Shown one piece after another: positions 30,160-40,047 of a stretch of DNA of 64,000 nucleotides. Below the pieces are notes generated by a model. That model made no database searches and was not told where the DNA came from. It saw nothing but the letters and a program-made list of their open reading frames with translations. The stretch comes from Candidatus Poribacteria bacterium (lineage in GTDB: Bacteria; Poribacteria; WGA-4E; WGA-3G), in the NCBI GenBank assembly GCA_963663765.2, contig CAXXUA010000005.1:864001-928000 (forward strand). The letters are read 5' to 3'. The translations under genes and the position numbers were made by a program. Numbering within the stretch: the first letter of the stretch is position 1; the number at the start of each line of letters is the position of its first letter.

Positions 30160-31236
30160 TTAAGGTACCAACTGGACTTTGATAGAATCGTCACCTTTTT
30201 GAACCATCTCAAAGGCAGTGAGATAGTCTTCCAAAGGTAATTGATGGGTGACCATAAGGCTTACATCAATTGCACCGCTTTGAATATAATCTATTGCAAG
30301 AGGATACGCGTAGGGACCTAAATGAGAACCGTGAATATTTAGTTCTTTTGTATCACCTATGATAGTCCAATCAACAGTTACCGGTTCCCGCATGACACTG
30401 AATTCTACGAAGGTACCCGCTTTGCGGATCATGTGGAGTCCCTGTTCTACTGCCTTCGGATGTCCCGTTGCTTCAATATAGACATCACAACCGTAACCAT
30501 CCGTTAGGTCCAGGACCTGTTGAACTGCGTCCGTTTCAGAAGGGTTGATGATAGTATCTGCGCCTAATTTCTTTGCGACATTTAACCGTTGCGGGATAAG
30601 GTCAATAGAGATGAGTGTAGCTGGATTTTTCAACTTCGCCGCGCCGACCATGCCGAGACCGAGTGTGCCAGCACCTGCTACGACAACTACATCTCCGAAC
30701 TCAATGTTACCTCGTTGAACAGCGTGGATGGAACAAGCAAGCGGTTCAATCATTGCTGCATTTGCTGTCGGTATGTCAGATGGCACCTTGTAGACAAGTG
30801 AACGTGCAGGAAACTTCATATAGTCTGCCATGCCACCGTTGACAATTGGTTGAAAACCGTAGATGTTATGGACTTGACAGAGCCAGTACTTGCCTGTTTT
30901 GCAATAACGACATTCCCAACACGGTACGATCTGTTCTGCTATTGCTGTGTCTCCGAGTTGCAGTCCGTACTTTTCACCTGCACCTTCCCCGAGTTGAACG
31001 ACTTCTCCAATAAATTCATGCCCAGGGATGACAGGGGTTTCCACATAAGGTTTTCGGAGTTCATCACCCCAGAATAGAGGTGCGCCGCTATAGCATTTGA
31101 TGTCACTTGCGCACACACCACATGCATTGACCTTGATAACGACTTCACCGTGACCTGCTTGAGGTACTGGCACCTCTTCAAGTTGATAGTCCATTGGAGC
31201 ATGGCACATTATCGCACGCATCGTTTCTGACATCAA
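30160..31236 (-). CDS. Zinc-dependent polyol dehydrogenase (erythritol/L-threitol dehydrogenase-like)
   Basis: CGVCASD, GHEF, CWECRYC..C and GAGTLG motifs. Confidence 0.88.
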   Translation of the reverse strand: MMSETMRAIMCHAPMDYQLEEVPVPQAGHGEVVIKVNACGVCASDIKCYSGAPLFWGDELRKPYVETPVIPGHEFIGEVVQLGEGAGEKYGLQLGDTAIAEQIVPCWECRYCKTGKYWLCQVHNIYGFQPIVNGGMADYMKFPARSLVYKVPSDIPTANAAMIEPLACSIHAVQRGNIEFGDVVVVAGAGTLGLGMVGAAKLKNPATLISIDLIPQRLNVAKKLGADTIINPSETDAVQQVLDLTDGYGCDVYIEATGHPKAVEQGLHMIRKAGTFVEFSVMREPVTVDWTIIGDTKELNIHGSHLGPYAYPLAIDYIQSGAIDVSLMVTHQLPLEDYLTAFEMVQKGDDSIKVQLVP

Positions 31237-31256
31237 ATTCTCCGGTGATGAGTAAA

Positions 31257-32051
31257 TTATGCTGCTTTTCGCTGAATAAGTCTTCTTCTTGCACTTTCAC
31301 GTGCCAGTCCAACATCCAGTGTTATATGCCTATCTTCAGTAATGCCGAGATTGATAGCGTGTGCTGTTTCAAGGTTGAAACCCCATTCAATCCATTCAGG
31401 CATGTCTTGCTCAGGAATATCTCCTGCCACGACAACCTTCATAATACTAATGCCTTTTCCGAGTTTATATGCGCGTTGTATATATTCAAGGTGTTTATCA
31501 AGTGGTCCGCCTTCCAACATCCTACCTTCCTTGTTCGCTGTAGTGAGGATAACATCAATCTCTGGGTGATCGATGACAGCATCCATCACGTCGCCAGTAT
31601 ATATGTGTGTGGAACAGCCGATGACACGGATTTTACCGGCGGTTTTTGCTTCTCGGAATGCGTCAAACGCGCCCTCACTTTCTCTGCTTGCTAAATCGTC
31701 TGGTGAAGAAATTGCGTGCAACAACATGACATCTATGTATTCTGTTTGCAGTTCACGTAATGCTTTTTCAATGCTTGCAGCTGCGCTTTCGTGATCTTTG
31801 TTGGCAGTTTTTGTTTGGATGACGATTTCATCTCGGTTAATCTGTTGGACTGCTTCACCGACATGCGGTTGCGTTCCATAACCTTCGGCGGTATCCCAAA
31901 ATGTAATTCCTTCGTCAAGTGCTTTTAACATGAGCTTAGCACCCGCTTCATAGGTCTTGCAGGTGTTCGTGAGACGTCCTGCTCCGAAGCAGAGTCGTGA
32001 GATTTCCAATCCTGTTTTTCCATAAGTGAGATATTCCATGCCTGCCCCCAT
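31257..32051 (-). CDS. Aldo/keto reductase
   Basis: GKTGLEISRLCFG, WDTAEGYG, IQTK and YIDVMLLH motifs. Confidence 0.9.
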   Translation of the reverse strand: MGAGMEYLTYGKTGLEISRLCFGAGRLTNTCKTYEAGAKLMLKALDEGITFWDTAEGYGTQPHVGEAVQQINRDEIVIQTKTANKDHESAAASIEKALRELQTEYIDVMLLHAISSPDDLASRESEGAFDAFREAKTAGKIRVIGCSTHIYTGDVMDAVIDHPEIDVILTTANKEGRMLEGGPLDKHLEYIQRAYKLGKGISIMKVVVAGDIPEQDMPEWIEWGFNLETAHAINLGITEDRHITLDVGLARESARRRLIQRKAA

Positions 32052-32202
32052 ATTGTTAGATGTCTTCCATACACGTCAGATAGTTGGTCAAGTTAACATA
32101 CATTACATAAATTTGATAAAAAATGCAACACTTTTTTCTGGCAACAAAACGGTTGATAAGGTATTATCTCATAAACATCTGACCAGATAGCATAACATCA
32201 TT

Positions 32203-33363
32203 ATGAAACTTACTGGACGTACCATTTTTGAAAACAGACCAATTGAAATTTCGTTTGCAAATAACAGTGTTCAATCCATACAAGAGATCACATCTACTGA
32301 CAGTAATACATGCAGTAATACATGGATTGCGCCAGCATTGATAGACCTGCAAGTGAACGGTTTCGCAGGGTTTGACCTTAACGTCGCTACTGTCACAGCA
32401 GCAGACGTGTGTGCGATGGTGCGCGCACTATGGCAGGTTGGGACGGGGTTCTTATGTCCAACAGTGGTGACAGCATCTAATGTAGATACCAACAACGGTC
32501 TACGTGCAATTGTAAAAGCATGTAAGAAAAATAAAGTAATTGATCACTCTATACTTGGTATCCATCTTGAAGGTCCTTACATTTCAGCAGAAGATGGACC
32601 GCGTGGTGCACATCCGAAAGAACACGTTAGAGATCCCAATTGGAACGAATTTCAACAGTGGCAGGAGATCGCAGAAGGTGCGATCCACATCGTAACCCTT
32701 GCACCTGAAAGAAAGGGTGCGATTCCGTTTATTGAGAAGTTGGTTGCAAGTGGGGTAGTCGTAGCAATAGGACATACGAATGCTTCAGTAGAAGACATAC
32801 GTGATGCAGTTAGGGCAGGTGCTAAACTCTCTACACATCTTGGCAACGGTGCACACGCACTCATCCCGCGTCACCCTAACTATATTTGGGAACAACTTGG
32901 TGCAGATGAGCTGTGTGCAAGTCTCATAGTTGATGGACATCACCTCCCACCAGCAGTTGTCAAGTCAATGATGCGCGCTAAAACGTTGGATAGATGTGTT
33001 CTCATCAGTGATGCTACAGCGTTAGCGGGAATGCCTACCGGAGCATACCAGTTCGCTGGACAATCGGTAGAGTTGAGTGCTGATCGGTGCGTCCGTCTAA
33101 CTGGCACTGAGTATCTTGCGGGTTCTGCCATTGAGTTAGCGCGAGGTATTGAGAATAGTGTGCGATTTGCTGGTATTTCACTGACAGATGCAGTTTCATT
33201 GGCAACACGTAACCCCGCGCGTTTGCTTGGCTTGGATGAAAAACTTGACACCATCACAGAAAGTAGCACAACCGATCTGATTATATTTGAATGGGATGAT
33301 AAGACTTGCGAAATTGAGTTGATTGCAACGATTTTGGATAGACAATTGGTTTATAATTTGTAG
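32203..33363 (+). CDS. nagA: N-acetylglucosamine-6-phosphate deacetylase
   Basis: DLQVNG, HLEGPY, GAH, VTLAPE, GHT, THLGNG, DGHH and LAGS motifs. Confidence 0.88.
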   Translation: MKLTGRTIFENRPIEISFANNSVQSIQEITSTDSNTCSNTWIAPALIDLQVNGFAGFDLNVATVTAADVCAMVRALWQVGTGFLCPTVVTASNVDTNNGLRAIVKACKKNKVIDHSILGIHLEGPYISAEDGPRGAHPKEHVRDPNWNEFQQWQEIAEGAIHIVTLAPERKGAIPFIEKLVASGVVVAIGHTNASVEDIRDAVRAGAKLSTHLGNGAHALIPRHPNYIWEQLGADELCASLIVDGHHLPPAVVKSMMRAKTLDRCVLISDATALAGMPTGAYQFAGQSVELSADRCVRLTGTEYLAGSAIELARGIENSVRFAGISLTDAVSLATRNPARLLGLDEKLDTITESSTTDLIIFEWDDKTCEIELIATILDRQLVYNL

Positions 33364-33387
33364 AAAGATTATTAATTTCTCTTTTTC

Positions 33388-33416
33388 TTGATTATTTCAT
33401 CTTTTCATTATATAAT
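33388..33416 (+). promoter_or_regulatory. Sigma70-like promoter implying a leaderless rpn mRNA
   Basis: TTGATT-17-TATAAT with the ATG starting 7 nt after the -10 box; no SD. Confidence 0.55.
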
Positions 33417-33422
33417 ACATAT

Positions 33423-34382
33423 ATGGCACAAGACTACGATAATATGGCGAAAAATCTGTTAACAGATTATGCCACCGATATCTCTCAGTTTGTCCTCGGC
33501 GTGACAGACGTTGAAGTGATCGAAAACATTGATACAGAACAGCAAATAATCGTTGGACAACGCACTGATAGCACCAAACGTATTCGTGTAAATAATCAAG
33601 ACGCAATTTTACACATTGAATTGCAGCTTCGTGATAGCACGCAAAAACCGATGTGGGCACGAAACGCAGCTTATCACGGTTACCTTGTTGGTGAACATCA
33701 GTTACCTGTTTATTCTAATGTTATTTATTTTCACCCGAATGCGGGAAGAAACGACACTGGAATTTACAAATATAGTTGGCAAGGTTATGAGTATAAGTTA
33801 CAGTATAAGGTGATCAGACTTTCTAAGATAGAAGGCCAAACGATCTTGGAAAAGCAGACCCCCGGATTGCTACCGTTCCTGCCGCTTATGAAACCCAAAA
33901 CAGGAATGGATACAGAAAAGTGGGTTCAAGATTGTATTGATGCGGCAATTGCTGTCTCAACTGATCAACAGATGCAAAGCGATTTGCTCTGTGCTATATC
34001 TCTCTTTGGAAGTATAGTCCATGATGCTGAACTCTTCAAAAGACTCATATCGGAGGAAATCATGCAAGAATCTAAATATTACCAATTGCTTCGTGAACAA
34101 TTCATTGCACAAGGCATTGAACAAGGCATTGAACAAGGCATTGAAAAAGGCATTGAAAAAGGCATTGAAAAAGGCATTGAACAAGGCATTGAAAAAGGGG
34201 CAAGGAATACTACAATTAGACACATTTTAGCATTGCTTGAAAGCAAATTTTCTGAAGATGCTGTCAGAAACATATCTGCCAAAGTTGAAAGTATAGATGA
34301 TTTACAACGATTGGAAGAGCTGCTTATTACCGCATCAAAGGTGCAAAATCTTGATACTTTCCTAAATATGCTGGAAATATAA
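33423..34382 (+). CDS. Rpn family (YhgA-like) PD-(D/E)XK nuclease/putative transposase
   Basis: YDNMAKNL, RTDS..ILHIELQ, LPVYSNVIY, GLLPFLPLM, MQESKYYQ and (GIEQ/K)x7. Confidence 0.9.
   Translation: MAQDYDNMAKNLLTDYATDISQFVLGVTDVEVIENIDTEQQIIVGQRTDSTKRIRVNNQDAILHIELQLRDSTQKPMWARNAAYHGYLVGEHQLPVYSNVIYFHPNAGRNDTGIYKYSWQGYEYKLQYKVIRLSKIEGQTILEKQTPGLLPFLPLMKPKTGMDTEKWVQDCIDAAIAVSTDQQMQSDLLCAISLFGSIVHDAELFKRLISEEIMQESKYYQLLREQFIAQGIEQGIEQGIEKGIEKGIEKGIEQGIEKGARNTTIRHILALLESKFSEDAVRNISAKVESIDDLQRLEELLITASKVQNLDTFLNMLEI
34062..34382 (+). CDS. Predicted internally translated RpnS-like small protein (in frame)
   Basis: GGAGG at 34052-34056 followed by ATG at 34062 within rpn. Confidence 0.6.
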   Translation: MQESKYYQLLREQFIAQGIEQGIEQGIEKGIEKGIEKGIEQGIEKGARNTTIRHILALLESKFSEDAVRNISAKVESIDDLQRLEELLITASKVQNLDTFLNMLEI

Positions 34383-34549
34383 CAATCTGTTATAAAACTA
34401 CAGCGTATCTCATAAATGCGATTTTGTCCAAATTCACAGGATCGTGTGTCTGGTAATCGGGGTGAGGAACCCCTCCTACCATTTATGAGATAGGTTGTAT
34501 CGTTCTCAGTAAAGAACCATGAACAATCTATGTGAGCGCGCAGGAAATC

Positions 34550-34846
34550 ATGCAAGAATCTAAATATTACCAACTGCTCCGTGAACAATTCATTGCACAA
34601 GGCATTGAACAAGGCATTGAACAAGGCATTGAACAAGGCATTGCACAAGGCATTGAACAAGGGGCAAGGAATACTACAATTAGACACATTTTAGCATTGC
34701 TTGAAAGCAAATTTTCCGAAGATGCTGTCAGAAACATATCTGCCAAAGTTGAAAGTATAGATGATTTACAACGATTGGAAGAACTACACTCCGCAGCATC
34801 AAATGTACAAAATCTTGATACTTTCCTAAATATACTGGATGTGTAA
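34550..34846 (+). CDS. Stand-alone copy of the Rpn C-terminal (RpnS-like) ORF
   Basis: Near-identical to 34062-34382, with similarity starting at AGGAAATCATG; 5 rather than 7 GIEx repeats. Confidence 0.8.
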   Translation: MQESKYYQLLREQFIAQGIEQGIEQGIEQGIAQGIEQGARNTTIRHILALLESKFSEDAVRNISAKVESIDDLQRLEELHSAASNVQNLDTFLNILDV

Positions 34847-34865
34847 CACACAGAGATAATTATGC

Positions 34866-35609
34866 TTACGCCTTTTTGTGGCAGATCATTGCAGTGATCC
34901 AACAGAAACGTTTAAGTAAAGGCAACAGACGTAATAATCTTCTATCAATCCATTTGAGAAATTGGAGAGACCACCGATAGAAAACGGGAATTGGAATTAT
35001 CCTTTTCCAAAACAGCGCACCTAAAGAGAGGAGATGGAATTCACGGTGTTCCATCTCCTCAAAGTATTTGCCGATTGCTTCAATATCAGGAATGGCGAAA
35101 TAATGTAACTCGCGAGAGTATTTGAGAAAAAGTTTGCGATAGAGCCACACGATCGGATGACTCCGCATGTTTTCCATGAAAATCGCTTTCCCACCCGGTT
35201 TGAGAACACGGTTACACTCTTTCGCTGTTTTTGGATGATCGGTGAACACCATCACAGATTTTGAGATGATAAAATCAAATGTATTGTCTGGAAAAGCGAG
35301 TTGAGTGGCATCCATCAAGGAAAAGTCAACTACATCAGCAACATTGTGTTGTGCTGTTCTCTCCTTTGCTTCCTGCAGTCGAAAAGGTAACAAGTCAATA
35401 CCAACAACGGAAGCTCCCTGTTTTGCGAGCAACGTTGCAGTACCACCTGTCCCTGTTCCTAACTCTAGGACCTTTTTCCCTTCCACTATCCCCATTTGGT
35501 GTAGGACATATTCAAAGACAGGTTGATAATAGTCTTCCCACCAGAGTAATAGGTCAGTGTCAACAGTGCAGGTGCTATCTATTGGTTGCGATGCGTCAGG
35601 TTCAGGCAA
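34866..35609 (-). CDS. Class I SAM-dependent methyltransferase
   Basis: VLELGTGTG, DNTFDFI and RVLKPGG motifs. Confidence 0.92.
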   Translation of the reverse strand: MPEPDASQPIDSTCTVDTDLLLWWEDYYQPVFEYVLHQMGIVEGKKVLELGTGTGGTATLLAKQGASVVGIDLLPFRLQEAKERTAQHNVADVVDFSLMDATQLAFPDNTFDFIISKSVMVFTDHPKTAKECNRVLKPGGKAIFMENMRSHPIVWLYRKLFLKYSRELHYFAIPDIEAIGKYFEEMEHREFHLLSLGALFWKRIIPIPVFYRWSLQFLKWIDRRLLRLLPLLKRFCWITAMICHKKA

Positions 35610-35611
35610 AC

Positions 35612-36370
35612 CTATATCTTCCCCATTTTCCGTAGGTTTTCAATACATTTCTCTGCACATTCCAGTGGTGGATAAGCATAACTTTCCTGCTCAACGACGT
35701 ACCACTCGGTGCCACCGACGGTTTCGCATGCTTCAAATACATCATCCCAAGGTATATCACCTTCTCCGACAAGTGCCTTGTTGTTCGTTGCGGAGTATTC
35801 TTTCACGTGTACGAGTTTTGATCTGTTAGGGTACCGTTCAATGTATGTAACGTTATCTGCACCAGCGCGAAGCACGTGACCAGTGTCAATTTGTAGCACA
35901 ACATCTTCTCGCGTATTACTAGCGAATATATCCCATGGCACTTCTCCATCCAGAGGTTTGAATTCACCCGTATGGTTATGGTAGCCAGTGAACATGCCTT
36001 GGTCAGATATTTTTTCTGTAATTTCGTTGAAAACCTTTGCTGTGTTTCGCCATGCTTCCAGTGAGTTGCTGTACTCCCCTCCCAATCCTGGCACAATCAG
36101 ATAGGGGTTGCCGAGGATTTTGTTGAATTCCACTGTCTTGGCGAGTTGATCGCCAAGGAGTGTATTGATCCCAGTATGTGTGCCAACAACCTTTAAATCA
36201 AGGTCATCACACATACCACGTAACTCTTCTGCTGATCGGTCATAGTATCCAGCAAATTCAACGCCTTCATATCCCATCTGTGCAACTGCTTGTAGTGCAA
36301 GGGATAGGTCTTTTGCACAATCTTCTCTAATAGAATATAGTTGTAATGCTATCGGTATTCTTTCGTTCAA
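35612..36370 (-). CDS. Sugar phosphate isomerase/epimerase (IolE-like TIM barrel)
   Basis: LQLYSIR, GYEGVEFAG, YHNH, DTGH, HVKE and VEQE motifs. Confidence 0.9.
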   Translation of the reverse strand: MNERIPIALQLYSIREDCAKDLSLALQAVAQMGYEGVEFAGYYDRSAEELRGMCDDLDLKVVGTHTGINTLLGDQLAKTVEFNKILGNPYLIVPGLGGEYSNSLEAWRNTAKVFNEITEKISDQGMFTGYHNHTGEFKPLDGEVPWDIFASNTREDVVLQIDTGHVLRAGADNVTYIERYPNRSKLVHVKEYSATNNKALVGEGDIPWDDVFEACETVGGTEWYVVEQESYAYPPLECAEKCIENLRKMGKI

Positions 36371-36437
36371 TTAGGTTCTCCTTATTTGAAGTTGGTTTGC
36401 GAAAAGCTTCCAAGAAATTATATAAATAATCTTCTAT

Positions 36438-37466
36438 CTACGTCATCGGCAAGTTGACAACTTTACCACTATCTGCGGAGACTAAACCTGCTTCCAAGAT
36501 TTCTTGTGCGTCACGACTTATGTATGGGCAGCACAAACCATCTATCGGTTCTTCAGTTTCTATACAGTGAATGAAGTATTCAGCGGCATTCCGTTTACCT
36601 TCTGGAAGTGGATCGGGATCAATAACTTTCGCATCACTACCAGCAGGACTCAGGTTTACTTGGTTGCCGGTTACAGTTAATGCACCTTCTGTGCCGTAGA
36701 CCACAGGATTTGGTGTAACATAACCTGTTTTTTGTGTCCACGATGCTTCGGTGATACCGAATGCGTTGCCGTATTTCATTAGGATAACAGCATTGTCATC
36801 GGGAAGCGGATAGTCTTTGACAAAGGTGCCGCGAAAGGCAGTTACCTGCTCTGGCTTTCCCAGTAGATAAGCGCACATGTCTGCACAATAGCAGCAGTAA
36901 TCCATTAATGCACCTGCGCCGTTTTTCTCTTCATCGTACAGCCATTCGTAGAAGTAGCGAGAACAACCGATCTCTTTTGGACCGTTGTGTGCTGAACGCC
37001 ATTTGAAATAGAAGACATCACCGATTGCACCATCTTGGATAAGTTTTATGGTAGTATTCAGTGCGGGGCTCCATGCAGTGGGCCAATTGATCATAAGATA
37101 AGTGCCAGCATCCTGTGATGCCTTGAGCATTCGGTCCGCTTGCGCAAGTCGGGCTGCCATAGGTTTTTCTGAAACGACGTGCATGCCTTTTGCTGCTGCA
37201 GCTTCAACAATCTCTGCTCCCGCGTTGTTTTCTGCACATGCCTGAACGATGTCCAATTCCTCTTTTTCCAATAGTTCCTGCCATGAGTCGTAGACGGTAT
37301 CGACACCACTTGCTGCTTTGAATTGGTCGCGTAATTCCACGTTGACATCGCCTGCACCGACGATCTCAACATTTGGGTGTGCTTTCCAACGGTTCAACTC
37401 GCCCCACACATGGTCATGTACGAGTGAAGCAAAGCCAACGCGATAAGTTTTTGCCATAAGGTTCAT
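36438..37466 (-). CDS. Gfo/Idh/MocA family oxidoreductase
   Basis: HVVSEKPMA and GAGALMDY motifs. Confidence 0.92.
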   Translation of the reverse strand: MNLMAKTYRVGFASLVHDHVWGELNRWKAHPNVEIVGAGDVNVELRDQFKAASGVDTVYDSWQELLEKEELDIVQACAENNAGAEIVEAAAAKGMHVVSEKPMAARLAQADRMLKASQDAGTYLMINWPTAWSPALNTTIKLIQDGAIGDVFYFKWRSAHNGPKEIGCSRYFYEWLYDEEKNGAGALMDYCCYCADMCAYLLGKPEQVTAFRGTFVKDYPLPDDNAVILMKYGNAFGITEASWTQKTGYVTPNPVVYGTEGALTVTGNQVNLSPAGSDAKVIDPDPLPEGKRNAAEYFIHCIETEEPIDGLCCPYISRDAQEILEAGLVSADSGKVVNLPMT

Positions 37467-37492
37467 CTCCAGTATTTAAAATTTTGTTTTGT

Positions 37493-38545
37493 TTAATCTT
37501 CTGCGCGAACTGCAATTTTTATTGCTGTTTCGCCGTTCAGACGGTATCCACCGTCAAGTGCCTTAAATCCATCTTTAACTTGTGAAAGCGGTATCTGGTG
37601 GCTGACCATGTCAGCAAAAGGTAAATCACTCTTTTCAAGGAGCGGAAGTCCACGCACAAAGTGCTCGTATTGACTTCCCCAGATCGCCTCAACACGAAGG
37701 TTTTTGCGCATAAGTAGTTGGTTGATATTGAAATCAATTGACCCCATATCCACAAAGTGTCCGACTTCAACAAAAGTGCCGCTACGTCGTGTGTAACCTA
37801 AGCCTTCTGGTGTTGCGGGTAGGAAACCTGCACATTCAAAGACAACATCTGCACCGCCTTTTCGAGGTGTTTCTGCTTTCACAAGTTCTGTCCGTTCTTC
37901 TGCTGTGGTAACTTCCTCGATATCAATAGTGACATCCGCCCCGAACCGTTTTGCCAGTTCCAACCGACCAGCAGGACCACCGACCATGATGATCTTTCCG
38001 GCACCGCTCAGCTTAGCACAAGCAAGCGTTACCAAACCGATGGCACCGGACCCCTGCACAACGACGGTATCCCCGAGTTGGATCTCTCCGCGCATCACAG
38101 CGTGTACACCGACAGTAAAAGGCTCAACAAGCACAGCAATCTCCGGTGATGCATCTGTTTTCATAAAACAGGTATTCGGGTAGGTGAGGTACATATAGTC
38201 AGCAAAACCTCCACGGAAATGTGGGGCTTCATCAGGATTCCATTGAAAACCGTAGCCACCGTAGTTAGTACCAGGTGCAAAGATAATCCTATCTCCCTCT
38301 TTGACCGGCTTACCTACGTAATCTTTTTCAACACCGTCACCTATCGCTTCAACGATACCGACATTTTCATGACCTAACAGGATCTCCTTTTGGAAACCGT
38401 TTTGCCAGTTGTGAAGGTCGGTGCCGCAGATACCAGACAACTCTTGACGTAGCAGGAGTGTGTTAGGGGCGGGTTCTGGCACCGGATATTCACGAATCTC
38501 AAAGTCTTTGCCGTACGCAACGACGGCTCTCCCTGTTCGGGGCAT
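37493..38545 (-). CDS. Zinc-binding dehydrogenase
   Basis: GICGTDLH, LGHENVG and GSGAIG motifs. Confidence 0.92.
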   Translation of the reverse strand: MPRTGRAVVAYGKDFEIREYPVPEPAPNTLLLRQELSGICGTDLHNWQNGFQKEILLGHENVGIVEAIGDGVEKDYVGKPVKEGDRIIFAPGTNYGGYGFQWNPDEAPHFRGGFADYMYLTYPNTCFMKTDASPEIAVLVEPFTVGVHAVMRGEIQLGDTVVVQGSGAIGLVTLACAKLSGAGKIIMVGGPAGRLELAKRFGADVTIDIEEVTTAEERTELVKAETPRKGGADVVFECAGFLPATPEGLGYTRRSGTFVEVGHFVDMGSIDFNINQLLMRKNLRVEAIWGSQYEHFVRGLPLLEKSDLPFADMVSHQIPLSQVKDGFKALDGGYRLNGETAIKIAVRAED

Positions 38546-38630
38546 AGTTCACTCCTATATTAGTGTGAGGTAACAGCTGACATGTCAACCACGTCCTCAC
38601 ATATTTTATTCAGGACTTACGCAGTTTTCA

Positions 38631-38766
38631 TGATTTGATGAAGAATTATGACGAAAATGGTGTAATATTCAGCATTTTTTCGGTTTCCAGCGCCAAATCA
38701 ACGGTATGAATGCCTTTTGGCATTCCCCGACTACAAAGCGCGCCTACCGTTGGGTGCGTAAGTCCT
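38631..38766. mobile_element. MITE, CAGGACTTACGCA-end family, 5-bp TSD TTATT
   Basis: Perfect 13-bp TIR with TTATT on both sides. Confidence 0.85.
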
Positions 38767-38794
38767 GTTATTATACCAACGTAATCGGGTATTC

Positions 38795-39079
38795 CTAATA
38801 TCTTCGTTTCTTCCGCGAAAGGATTATAAATATGAGGATAATCCCGCCGATGGTAATCCACAACCAATTATTTTTGAAAAAATCAAAGAATATGTTAAAT
38901 GCGATCCAAGCACCAACTTCAATAACAACTATTAGTATCGTCTTACCCCATGGAAAATCTGCATTATGTTGTTTACGTAACCTATCAGCAAATAACCATG
39001 AAATACCTAATGTGCCAACAACCACCACAAAAAATAGCAAATGAACGATGCCTTGGATGCCGCTCAAAAGTGCGTACAT
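38795..39079 (-). CDS. Small membrane protein (three hydrophobic segments)
   Basis: AGAGGAG RBS; basic C-terminus. Confidence 0.75.
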   Translation of the reverse strand: MYALLSGIQGIVHLLFFVVVVGTLGISWLFADRLRKQHNADFPWGKTILIVVIEVGAWIAFNIFFDFFKNNWLWITIGGIILIFIILSRKKRRY

Positions 39080-39163
39080 GTTTTTTCTCCTCTTTAGGTT
39101 TTGTTATAATAGAGTCACCATATCATAAAAAGATAGTGATACGTGCTGACACTAAAAAATCAT

Positions 39164-40012
39164 CTATTGATTGTGGATACGGTCAGGATGACTATAAACC
39201 GCCATACGTTCTCCTCGCATGAAACCGACTAACGTGAGATTTCCTTCATCTGCTAAGTCAACGGCAAGTGTAGAAGCAGCAGAAACGGCGGCAATGATAG
39301 GGATCCGAGCAAATAGTGCTTTTTGCACAATTTCAAAACTTGCACGTCCACTCACCATCAGAATGTGCTTTTCAAGAGGTAACATCTCCGATAGCAATGC
39401 TTGTCCGATAACCTTATCAACAGCATTATGCCTACCAATATCCTCTCTGACAATGAGAAGTTCACCATCTTCGTCAAAAAGCCCCGCTGCATGCAGTCCA
39501 CCTGTCTTTTCAAATACTGATTGTGCTGCACGTAACCGATCATTGAGTTTGTAAAACACACTTTGGTTTAATCGGAAAACAGAATTTATTGGATCGACTT
39601 GGAGTTTAACGGATTCAATTGTCATTTTACCGCAAAGTCCGCAGCTTGCATTTGCATGAAAGTTGCGCTGCCACCCTTGTTTCTCAAGGTCCAATCCGTG
39701 GACTAAACGCACATTGACGATATTTTGCATATTCGCAGAAAAATCATTCTGTTCGTTAGTTTTTGTTGTGGCATTATCATCTTCGCAATAGGCTATAATT
39801 TCAATGTCGTCTACGGATTTGATAAGACTTTCTGTATAAAGGAACCCCGCAGCAAGTTCAAAATCATGTCCAGGTGTTCGCATCACGACGATTAGACTCT
39901 GTTCTCCTACACGAATTTCAAGGGGTTCTTCAACAACTAATTCATCTTCAGCGCATGTCGGTTCTGATTGATGCCAGCGAGTCACCTGTTTTGTGCATGT
40001 TTGTTGTTGCAT
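39164..40012 (-). CDS. fdhD: Formate dehydrogenase accessory sulfurtransferase
   Basis: EEPLEI, MRTPG, SCGLCG, TGGLHAA and REDIGRHNAVDKVIG motifs. Confidence 0.95.
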   Translation of the reverse strand: MQQQTCTKQVTRWHQSEPTCAEDELVVEEPLEIRVGEQSLIVVMRTPGHDFELAAGFLYTESLIKSVDDIEIIAYCEDDNATTKTNEQNDFSANMQNIVNVRLVHGLDLEKQGWQRNFHANASCGLCGKMTIESVKLQVDPINSVFRLNQSVFYKLNDRLRAAQSVFEKTGGLHAAGLFDEDGELLIVREDIGRHNAVDKVIGQALLSEMLPLEKHILMVSGRASFEIVQKALFARIPIIAAVSAASTLAVDLADEGNLTLVGFMRGERMAVYSHPDRIHNQ

Positions 40013-40047
40013 GGTTAGCTAACTGATTTCTGATGTTGTCCAAAATG

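Noticed and set aside
33423-34846. Diversity-generating retroelement (TR/VR pair), also considered for the FGE-sulfatase gene
   Set aside because: No reverse transcriptase in the window, differences between the rpn copies are not confined to adenines, and no template repeat for the FGE C-terminus was seen.
34079-34902. Antisense ORFs with ALFN/MPCS repeats
   Set aside because: They are shadows of the stop-free 12-bp GIEQ repeats on the opposite strand.
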